Below are positions 51,101 through 63,100 of a stretch of DNA of 64,000 bases, in pieces. Position 1 is the first letter of the stretch, and each line of letters opens with the position of its first letter. The translations under genes were made by a program, and so were the position numbers. Source of the stretch: an uncultured Lachnospiraceae bacterium (GTDB taxonomy: Bacteria; Bacillota; Clostridia; Christensenellales; UBA1242); NCBI GenBank assembly GCA_964400145.1, contig CAYNTF010000005.1:2176-66175 (forward strand), given 5' to 3'. The notes under the pieces were generated by a model. That model saw only the letters and a program-made list of their open reading frames with translations. It searched no databases and was not told the origin of the DNA.

Positions 51101-54100
51101 TGTCATTTCTTCCAATCCAAGTTGCATAGACAGTCAATGAACCAGTTTCATCCATTTCTTCAAAGTATGAAGCATCGCTTGTCAAAATGTCGTCACCACT
51201 AATAAATGTCGCTTCAACTGTTTCAACTTCCACAAGGTTTATTGTTGGAACTGCAACACCTTCAACCAATTCGACCGTCACATAAACATATTTTGTTGGT
51301 TCAGTTGTCCAAGTGTCGTCCTCATCTTGTTGTCCACCACGCACAAAAATATACTCTGAACCAATTTCGCTTTCAGTTAATGCGCCTTCCATACTGAGAT
51401 AAGTTGTAAGTGCAAGAGCGCGATATGAATTGCTTGTTGACCAACCAGCGAAGTAGTAACCCGCAAGCGCTGGCGTTGGCCAAACAGATTCACCAAACTC
51501 ATAGCCATATCTTACAGTTGTTTTTTCTGCCGAAATAGTAACTGTTCCGACTTCTGGTTTTGTGGTTTCAGTATTAAAATATACTGTATATTCTTTTGCA
51601 GAATATGTGGCAACAACAGATCCACCCGTATGATTAATGAATATCATATTTGCGTTGAACAATGGAGAGTTCGCCACACCATATCCGCCACTGTCAATGT
51701 GAATGGAATTCGCATTTTCGCTTCTTCCATAGAAACCAATCAATTCGTATCCTGTTATTTCATAAAGTGATAAGTCAGTGATAACTTGCTTATTTTCATA
51801 GGATGCGCCATAAGTTAATTTAAGTGTCTGAATCACAGTTTCGTTGTTTTGGGCATAAACTTTGATGTCGTATGTGTTTGCTTCCCAAACAGCATAAAGT
51901 GTGTATGTTCCGTTTGATTCGCTTGTGAAGTTTGGTGTTGTCAAAGTTTGCCCAGCAGCGTATTCTGCTTCTGTTGCATTCTTTTTCGTTGACCAGCCAA
52001 GGAATTTATAACCCGTCAAAGTGAAGTCGTTGCTTGCAAGGGTGACATTTTCGTCATAAGTTGCCTCTGTCGATGGTGTCGAGCCTGACGCTGTGCCATA
52101 AAGCGAATTTCCATTGGTGGATGTTTCACTGTTCCAATCATAAACGATTGTGTATGAGTTTTGTTCCCACACAGCATAGAGCGTCAAATCTTCAGCCGTT
52201 GTGAAGTTGATTCCAACTCCGGCAGTGTATTCTGCCGATGTTGCACCTGCTTGTGTTGACCAGCCAATGAATGTGTATCCCGTTCTTGTCCAGCCCATGC
52301 CGTCGGCAGTGGTGTTGTCAAGAACAGTGTATGTGCTGTCAAATGTTGCGCCGTCTGTATCCGTGTAAGTTGTTCCACTTCCGCCATTGGCGTCGTAAAT
52401 CACATCATAAGTGTTTGCCGTCCATTGTGCATAGAGCGTCAAATTTGTTGTGGTGCTTTGTGTGTATTCTTGCCCACTTGTGTATGTTGTGCCATTGCCG
52501 TCAGCCTGCGTGTTCCACGATGAGAAAGTATAGCCAGTGCGTGATGCAATGCCCGAACCATTCAAAATTGTTGTGCTTTCCGCAAAGGAAATGCTCACTG
52601 TTATAGATGTCAAACCAGATGAAGTGCCGTCAGACAGCGTTCCATTGTTGCCATAGTATGTGATTGTGTATTTATTTGCCACGATCACTGCTGTGACTGT
52701 CAGATTTCCTGCTGGCATTTTAAATTTGTTGTCACTTATCGTTGGAAGTGTTGCTGAACTTGAACCAGTCCAAGCCACCGTCCAACCTTCAAAGCCATAG
52801 CCTGTTTCAAGTCCGGTGTATGTGAGTGCCACTTCGGCAGTGACTTTGACGGTGTAGGTCGAATCACCAGATTCACTCACGCCAGCACCGCTTGCTGAAA
52901 CAGAGCCAAGATGTTCATCGCCCACCAAGGTGAGAGTGTATGTGTCAAGAGTGTAGTATACATAAAGTTTCAAACTGCCGTCACCGTTGATGTTTCCAGA
53001 AATGGTCGACAACTCTGAGTTGTAATGATAGTTTTCATAAGTTCTCACAGTGGCTGTTGCCGGTGTGTCGGTTGTGCCTGTCAATTCTTCGGTCAGAACC
53101 AAATCATATCCGCCCGCCAAGTTTTCTTGATAATGATATACTGTGTATGCTGTGTCAGTGTTTGGAGTTGCCACAATTCTTATTGTAATGTCAGAGTCTG
53201 GCATGTTATACCATCTATCGCCTGATGCCTGACTTTGATCCCAATATGTATAATTTCCTTCGTCAACAATTTCAATTTTTTCAAAAGTGTAACCCGCTGA
53301 AATTTCGTAGTAAATATAGATTGCGGAATTATAGTAAATTGTGTAAACATTGTCACTACTTGTTGAAGGATAAGAAGTTGTAACTGAAACACTATCAACA
53401 CCTTTGTCAGATGTCAAAATGGTCAATTCAAATGTTTGTCTTAAACTATACAAGTCAATGATAAGATTTCCGTCAGCAAGAACAATAAATTCGCCATCAA
53501 CAGTGTTATTTGAAACTGTGAGAGATGAATCATACACAAATCCGTATGTCGATACATCAAGACTATATTCAACTCCATTTATTGTTGCGACATTTTGACT
53601 TACACTGATTGAAACTGCAGAATCGGTCAATGCTGTTGTGTTGATTGTTTTTTGAACCTGGAATGTTCCGCCGTCGTTTATGGCGTAATTATTTATCCAA
53701 TATCGCACTGTCACTTGCACTTCGGTTGCAGTCCAGATTGCATAAAGTGTCACTGTGTCACCATCAACATAATCCCACAAATCTGCAATCGTTGGAGTGC
53801 TTGTGGCTTGGTATACAACATCGCCGTTTGCACTTGTTGCCCAGCCTGCAAATTCATAACCTTCGCGAGTGTATACACTTGAAAGGTCAGCTTTTTGCGA
53901 TTCATATTTCAACGATTGTGTTGTCGATTTTCCAGAAATGATTTCTGCTGTGCCTTGATAGTTGCTGTCATTTGCGTCAAGATTGAGTTTGTATGTGTTT
54001 TCGCTCCAAACAGCATAGAGCGTCATATTATATGTCTTGTTGTATGTGAATGATGCACCGTCACTATATGTTGCCGTTGTGGCACTTTGATTCTCAGACC

Positions 54101-57100
54101 AGCCAAGGAAGGTGTATCCTGTGCGTGAAATTGAACCATCAGAATTGCTTATCAATGTCACATATCCGTCATACACAACATTCATTGGGTCGATTGAGCC
54201 CGTTCCGCCATTGTTGTTGAATGTGATTGTGTATGGATTTGCTTCCCACTTTGCTGAAACGGTCACTCCGCCAGCATAAATCCAATTTCCGTTGCTGTCG
54301 GTGTAGCCTGAAACATTTGCCACAAGTGCACCACTTGCACTGATGATTTGTGTGTCACCAAGATACCAACCAAGGAAGGCGTATCCCACTCTGACTGCTG
54401 TTGGGTTGATTTCGCCCGAAGCAACACCATTTGTGTTTGTGGAATAAATCTTGTTGCTGTCCATAACAACATAAACTTGAACATCCGTGCCTGATGACAA
54501 TGTGCCTTCGTTCACATCCAAAATGATTGTGAACACATCAGCCGTCCATTGAGCATAAAGAGTTGTTGCTTGCGCTCTTGCCCATTGTCCTGATGAGTTT
54601 GTGTATCCGCTCACACTTGCCACAAATGCGCCGGTTGTGTCAATAACAAGTGTTCCACCCGATTCTTCTGTATACCAACCTGCAAAGGTGTAGCCGTCAA
54701 GTTTTGGAGTTTCGATTGTCAAACTTGTTGTGGTGTTGTATGTTGCTTCCACAGAAGTTTTATTTGAGCCACCAGAGAACTGTCCGCCGTTGGCATCAAG
54801 AGTGATTTCGTAACTCTCCCACGACATAGAAATATAAATATATCCTGCATATGTGGAAGTTGGTTCTGAACTGAAGCCTGTTGCTGTGTATGTCCAAGCG
54901 TTGTAGGTTTGTCCGTTATACTCATAAGTTGTTTGTGTCAATGTTCCCATTCCAGACAAGCTTACACTGCTAAGTTTCATTCCTGTTGCTGGTTGAATGT
55001 TGAAGATTGTGAAACTGTTGCCATAGTAAACGCGAGAAAAACTGCCTTCATTGCTACGATTTGTGTAAACTGTTCCATTTTCATCCACAACATCAAAAGT
55101 TCCCGCTTCTGATGCAACTTGCGTTCCGTTTGGATCCATGAGATTTATGTCAATATAATATCTGTTTTCTGTCCAAACAGCATAAAGTGTCACTTCATCT
55201 CCGTCGGCTGTCACGGCGATTGTCGAAGATGTTGCCGTTGAACCCGCAGTTACGGTTGCACCGTCTGTGTAGAGCACACTTCCGCCAGAAGTTGTTGCCC
55301 AGCCAGAGAAGACATATCCAACCTTTGTGAATGTGTTTGTTGTGAGCGCTTTTGCTGTGTGATAAGTCATTGCAAGGTCACTCATTGTGCCACTGCCGGT
55401 GTTGTTGTTGAATTTGATTGTGTATGCCACTTCCCGACTTGACACAACGAGATAGTATGCAGTTCCGCCGACTGCACTTGCGACATAGTTGAATGTGAAT
55501 GTGTATGTTGCGCTGTAATCCACACCTGCGTTTGTTATGCTTGCGCTGACTGCTGTGGTTGGATTTGCTGTTGTTCCGCCATTGATTGCTTCGATGACAT
55601 ATCCCGTTGCGCCCGTCACAGAAATTGTCACGCTTGCGCCATATTCGATATTCACCGAACCGCTTGCTGTGTAACTTGTTCCATTGATTGATATGCTTGA
55701 AATTTGTGTGCTGTCAATGGTGAAGTTGAGTGCATAACTGTTCACACTCCAAATTGCATAGAGTGTCACTGTTCCGCCATTCACAGCGGTGAGTTTGCTT
55801 ACTTCCTGCTTGTCATTGTATATTGCCGATGTTGCATTTGGATTTGTATTCCAACCAAGGAAAGAATATCCCGTCTTGACATAAGCATTTGTTGTCAATG
55901 TCACTTCATCGGTGTATTTGATTCCTGTCATTGATGACATTTCCACACTTGTGTTGGTGTTGCCGTTGCCGTCAAACTCAATGGTGTATGTGTGTTCTGT
56001 CCATTTTGCATAGAGCGTGTGATCGCCCACCGTTGTCACAATGGTGTCTGCCGTCACTTTGGTTGTGCAAGAAGAGTCAAGATACCACCCTTCAAGCGTG
56101 TAACCCGTTCTTGTTGCGGTTGGAAGAGTGCCATATCTTGCCATGTAAGTTACACTGATTGATGATTCTGATATTACAATGCTTTCATCAACTGCATTGC
56201 CTACATTGCCGTCAAAGGTAACACGATAACTTTCCGCCGTTGTTGTTGCCGTGAAAGATATTGCATAGTCTGGCATTGTGAATGTGTAGGAATATGTGCT
56301 TCCACTTACTCTGCAATCTTCTGCAGAAACGCTGAATGATGAGGCAGAAGATGTGAACCCTGCAAAAGTATATCCGTTTTTAACTGTTGCGGTGATTGTC
56401 ACGCTGACGCCATATTTGACATTATATGTCGAAGAATTATCTCCCTGTGTGACACCTGTCACGATTTCCGCGCTCACACTGTCAATTCCGTCATCTTGAT
56501 TGAGTTGAAGAGTGTTTGTGTTGCGTTCGTAATAGATGTAAATCACAAGAGACCCATCGCCAGCAATAACCAAACTTCCACCAATCGTTTCTGTGGAAGA
56601 CGAACTTGTTGTCGTTGAATATTGAAGATATGTGAAACCTGTTCTTGTTGCTTTATATGATTCAAGTTTTGCGTCAGAAACAGTTTCATTTGTTGTGCCT
56701 GTGTCTGAAGTTGTGAGATTATATTCTGAAATCTCACTTGATGTGGCTTCAACATATGTTCCGTCAATCGCTTGGAATTTGTGAACGATTGTGTATGCCG
56801 TGTTGGTGTTTGCCACTGCATCCGCTCTTATTGTCACACTGGAAATAACATTGTGAGTGTATGAGTTGTTTGAAACCGTCACTCCGCCCGACACAACTGT
56901 CCAGCCTGACGAGAATGTGTAGCCAGCCAATGTGCTGACTGACAAAGATACAGTTGCGCCATATTGCACGCTGTATGTGCCAGAGCCACCGCTCACACCC
57001 GTTCCGCTTGCTGTGACTGAACTCACACCTGTGCCTGCTGTCAAGGTCAAAGTGTAGGAATTGCGTGTGTAATAATAATTCACTGTCGCATTTCCATCAC

Positions 57101-60100
57101 CCGTGATTGTCACTGTTTGTTCACTTGGTGCTGTAAACCCGGTGATTGTAATCAAAGGTGCTGTCACTGTGCTGTCTGTTGTGCCATACAGTGTTGAACT
57201 GCTGTGCAATGTGTAAGTCGTTGCACCCAAATCTTGAATGTAATAGTTGACTTTATACGCCGTGTTGGCATTTGCTGTCCAATATGCGTAAAGAGTCACC
57301 GCTCCGTTTGTCGTGTTGGCATTGCTGAAATATGAAGTGCTTGCCACGATATCGCCGTCTGCGTCAATAATTTGAGTTCCCGAACCAATTTTTCCTGTGT
57401 AATATCCTTGGAATGTGTAACCTTGATATGTTGGTGATGTGATTGACGAAATTGTTGTTCCGCTTTCATTTGTCCAATTCGTGTCAAACACAACTTTAAT
57501 CACTGTTGTTCCAGAAGATGTCACCGCACTTCCTGTGGTGTCAGTTGTGGAAGAATAGTATTTGCTGTCCAAGTTCACTGTGTATGTGTTTGCTGTCCAT
57601 TGTGCATACAAAGTGTGGTTTTCAAAGTTTGTCACTTCCGTTGTTGATGTGACTTGAGTGCCCCAATCTCCGTTGGTGCCGTCTTTTGTCCACCAACCTG
57701 CAAAAGAATATCCCGTTCTTGTTGCTGTTGCAAGAGTGCCATAAGTGCCGTTGAAAGTTACATATTTTGATTCCATAGTTGTCACGGCGCTTGAATCCGT
57801 GATGTTGACATCAAATGTGACAAGAACTTGGTCTGCACTCCATTTTGCATAGAGAGTCACATCGCCAGCATAGATCCAACCACCATTGCTGTCTGTATAT
57901 CCGCTCACACCAGCGATGAGAACGCCACCATTTGTGATAACCTGCACGCCATAATCTCCGTCAGTGCCGTCTTTTGTCCACCAACCGTCAAAGGTGTATC
58001 CACTCATGTTTGCAGTTGGAGCGACAGTTGATCCTGACACACTGTTTGGATAATCTGCTGATGTGCGAGAAGTATAGAAAGTCATTTCAGAGTATGCGAT
58101 ATATGCAACACCATTGTTAGAAACTGTGGCTGATGTTGTGCTGTCACCTTCGTTTGAATCTAATGTGACTTCATAAACATTCTTTTGCCATTGAGCCGTC
58201 AAAGTTGCGTTGCCCGCACCGAATGTGTAGTACATTGAAGAATAAACAACATTTCCTTCACTGTCCACAATCATAACCGCTGCAACATCAAAATCCATTG
58301 TTTGAGTGACAGTTGTATCACTTGCAAGGTCTGCAGTGTAAATTTCAAGTCTTGGATTCGTTGAACTGCTCGTTGAACTTTGTGTATATGTGTCACTTGT
58401 TATGGTTCTTGTCATTGTGATAAGCACCCAACCTGCACCAACATTTGACGCACTAAAACTTTGTGCAACGCGACCTGTTGTTCCATAGTCGTTTGAGATG
58501 ACCGAATGGCGAAGATTGAGAGACCCAACATTGTCAGCCACATTCAATCTAATCAAGAAAGTTATGGTGTATGTTTCTCCAACTTCGTATTCATACACAG
58601 GATAACGAATATTGTACCAAGTGCTACTTGTTCCCGAAGTTCTTGTGAAGTAATAATTTGTATATACAAGTCCAGATCCACCATTTGTTAATGATGTTGA
58701 AGATGATGTAAACCCACTTGTTGAATTTGCACCACTATCACTCAAACTTCCAGCGCCCGTCAATGTCCAGCCAATGAAGGTGTAGCCTTCGCGTGTTGGC
58801 GTTTCCAAATTGTAGGTTGTGCCATAGTCTTGCGTCACATCTGTTGTTGAAGTTGTGCCGTTGTATGTTCCGCCATTTGGATCGATTGTCAAGGTGTATG
58901 AAATCGCTGTCCAAATTGCTGTCAATTTCACATTTCCATACATTCCCGTGAGAGATTTTCCAGATTGATAGGTTGCTGTGCCCCAATTATATTCGCCGTT
59001 ATCAACAGCGCTTGCCGTCCAACCGCCAAAGGTGTAGCCTTCCTTGTTCGCACCAAGCAATGTTCCTGTGCTCTCGGTGGTGTAGGATGTCAAACTTCCG
59101 CTGGCAAGCGTTCCGCCGTCGGTATCATATTCGATTGTATAATTGTTTGCTGTCCATTGAGCAGTCAAAACTGCATCATCCGCACCAAAAGTGAAAGTTG
59201 TTCCACTCAACGAACCTGAGCCTGTAAGTGTCCAATAACTGAATGTATAAGCTGTGCGCCCTGTTGGATTGGAAACTGTCACTGTGGATTGATAATATCC
59301 CTTCACAACTGTCTCTCCTGTGGAGTTGTTGTATGAACCGCCACTTGGGTCGATTGTCAATTCGTATTGCAAGCGTTCGTAATAGAGTTCAAACACTGTT
59401 GTTCCAACAGCAACGCCGTCAACATATTCTGCCGTGATTGTTTTTGTTTCGCCAAGGTCACCACTTGCATATTCAAAACCCTCGCCAACAGTGACAGGCT
59501 CAACGCCCACCACTCTGCTTCCAATTTCAGCCTGCATTGTTATCGTCTGACTTGGAGTGGAAGAATATGCTCCGTTAGTGTCCATGATGTAGATTTTATA
59601 TGTGTAGGTAACTTCTGTCGTGCTTGCAGAAACAGAAAGTGTGACTGCATTGTTTGGCATTGAGAATGTGTTGTTGGACATTGAAGAAATTCCGCTGACA
59701 ATGCTGAAAGTTGCATTTGTGTATCCAGCCAAAACTGTGGCAGAAACAGTGATTGATTCGCCGTAATAAATTCCGCTTATTGTTGCAACGCTTCCAGATG
59801 TTGAAATGCTCAAAGATGATCTGCTTCCACTTGTTGCTGTGACAGTGTCAATTCCCGTGCCGATGTTGATTGTCACAGTGTTCGAGTTGCGTGTGAAGAG
59901 AATGTATATGTTAAGACTTCCGTCTGGAGAAATTTTCAAAGACCCCGTGTTTGTCACAATGGTTGAATATGTTGAAAGCACGGTGTAGCCTGTGAAAGTT
60001 CTGCTTAAATAAGTTTCCAAATCACTTGAAGTCAATGTTTCGTCACTTGAACCTGTTCCTGTGGCGTTGCCAAGTTCGGAATAGTTGCCTTGGCTTGCAT

Positions 60101-63100
60101 AAGTGAAACTTGTTGAGCCACTTATTGCCGCAGAAAGAGTCTGTCCCATGAAATGAACAGTGAATACAGTGTCTTCATTTGCCTGCCAAACCGCATAAAG
60201 CGTGGTTGATCCCGAAGTGATCAAGTTTGAAATTGTTGTTGTTGAAGTGTAGTTTGAACCACTTGAAGTTATTGTTCCATTTGAAATTCCAACACCAGAC
60301 ACAAGTCCTGTTTCGCTTGTTGACCAACCAATGAAGGTATATCCCGTTCTTGTCACTGTTGTTGTGAATGTTCCTGACAAGTCATAAGTTGCTGTCAATG
60401 TGTTCTCAGAAGCCGTCAAGTTGGAACCCGCAGATAAACTCACAATCGTTCCGTCGTTGCCGTCGAGAGTGACTGTGTATGTGTTTGCTTCCCAAACTGC
60501 ATAGAGCGTGACATTTGCCCCTGTGCTAAGGTTGCGGTAAGAAACGCCAAGGGAGTATGAAACAGCTCCATTTTGTTGCGTGCTCCACCCTATAAGTGTG
60601 TAGCCCGTGCGTGTGAAATTTGTGAACGATGTTGCACTTCCAGCCGATGTCGCCGTTGGAAGAGTGTAATAAGTGTCATACACAGCGTTTATCGTTCCCG
60701 CACCAGTGTTTCCGCTGTTGTTGTTGAATGTGATTGTGTAGCTATTTGCCGTCCAGCGAGCATACAATGTGTGTGCGCTTGCCGAAAGGATTGTTGAACT
60801 GTTTGTCACTTGCGTGCCCCACTCTCCGCTCGTTGAGCCGTCAGCTGTCCACCAACCTGCAAAGGTATATCCATCACGCGTTGGACTAAGAAGTCCGGTG
60901 TTGTCACCCTTGTTTGCCCCAATCGTTGCGTAGGAAGATGGAGAAGTGGTGTCACCATATTTAACATACCAAACCGGGTTAGTTGAAGAAGATGTGTATG
61001 TTGTGCTGTTGAACGAAACATTTGATGAGCCAAAATCAACATTCAAATCAAGTGTGACTGAAACATACTCTGCTTCCCAAATTGCATAGAAAGTGATTGT
61101 GTTTCCGTTGGTCAATTCACTGGAAGAAAGTCCCAAAGCCGAGATTGAAGTTGGGAAGGTTATCGTTGTTGAATCAGCGCTCAAACTCCAACCCACAAAG
61201 GTGAACCCTGTTCTTGTGAATCCATTTGTTGGGCTTGAAATGCTTTCTGTGTATTCAACCGTCAAATCGGTCATACTTCCGCTTGTTGCACCGTTGCCAG
61301 CAAAAGTGATTGTATATGAATTTTCTGTCCAATTTGCATAGAGTCTGTGATTGCCTACCGTTGACACAATGGTGTCCGCTGTCACTTTGGTTGTGCAAGA
61401 CGATTCAAGATACCATCCTTCAAAAACATATCCTGTGCGAATTGCCGTTGCCAAAGTGCCATATGCTGAATCATAATAAACATAAATTGTTTCAGGACTG
61501 ATTGTTGTGCTGTCAGTTGTGTTGCTGTCAAAGGTGACAGTGTAGCGCTCTGCATCCCATTGAGCAACATATATTCTGTTTCCAAGACTTTCTTGTGAAA
61601 CGCTGGTCACAGTGTCAGACGCTGTGATTGTGAAGTTCGTCCTTACAGACGCACTTGCACCCCATGGCAAAAGAATGTAAACAACAACATCTTGACTTGG
61701 AGTGTAGGATATTGCTGTCACACTTCCAATGTAAGAGCCGTCAAGAGCGAAAACTCTCCATCTGAAGTTTGAACTGTCAATTCCAGAAGCAGTGTAAGTT
61801 ACGCCTGATCTCAGAGTGATTGGTGTCAAATAGACTGCACTTGTATATTCTGAACGGATAGCATACATACCTGTGTCTGCATTGATAAAGCCAGTGAAAT
61901 AATCATTTTCTCCCCAAACAAAAGTTTCTTTCCAACCTGCAAATGTGTAGCCTGTGCGAGTTAATGTTGCAGTGCTTGTGGTTGGCAAGTTCAAGTTTGG
62001 TGAATCGCTTTCGGTGTATGTATACCCCGTTGGAGTCAAATCGGAAGTTTCATTTCCTTCATTCATATCATATTCAATGTTGTATTTATTTGCTTCCCAA
62101 ACTGCTGTGAGAGTGACATTTCCCCACATGTTTGAAAGTGATGCCCCAGCAGAGTATGTGCCCGACCAATTTCCAGCCGATACACTAACTGTCCAGCTGG
62201 TCAAGGTGTAGCCAAATTTGCGAATGCTGTCTGCCGAAAGAAGAGTGAAACTTTCCAAAATAGTGAATTCTTGTTCGTAATCTCCTGTTGATTGTCCCAA
62301 ATTCACCCAATATTCTTCATTGCCGAGATCATAGGTGATTTTGTAATCCACATAGTTATAATAAAGGTTGATGACAAGATTTCCAGAACCGTCAATCGTC
62401 ACTGAGTCATTTTCGTTGTTGAATGATGTTGTGCTTCCAGATGTGATGTAGTATGTGCCGTGGTCAAAAGCATATCCATTGATACTGCCGATGATATCCA
62501 AAACATCTCCCAAAGTGATTGTTGTGTCTGTGATTCCATCCACACTTCTGGTGGTGTTGATTGTATACCCATCTGTTGTTTGAGTGTATGTGTATATTGT
62601 GTAACCAACATTTTGTGCAGTTGCCGAAATTGAGAGATAATACCCTGATTCATATTTGTAAGTGAAACTGTAAGAAATCGACGCCCCGTCACTGCTGATT
62701 GTTCCGCCTGTCGTCGTCAAACTTGATGACGAAGTGCCCATTTTGAACAAATCTGTCGTTTCAAATTTGTAGCCAGTCTTTGCTGTTGCTGTCACAACGA
62801 TTTCGGAGTCATAATCAACTGCAACATTTCCACTTGTGGTGTAGGTTGTTGACGAGCCATCAATCGAAATTGTCAAACTTGCAACGCCTGTGCCGATTAT
62901 GTAGTTGAAATTAGATGTTTCTGCTGTCCATTGAGCAGTCAAAACTGCATCGCCCGCACCAAAAGTGAAGGTTGTTCCACTCAACGAACCCGAGCCAGAA
63001 AGTGTCCATCCAGCGAAACTATAACCTTCGCGGGTTGGTGTTGCCAAAGTGTAGGTTGTGCCATAGTCTTGCGTCACTTCTGTTGTTGAAGTTGTGCCGT

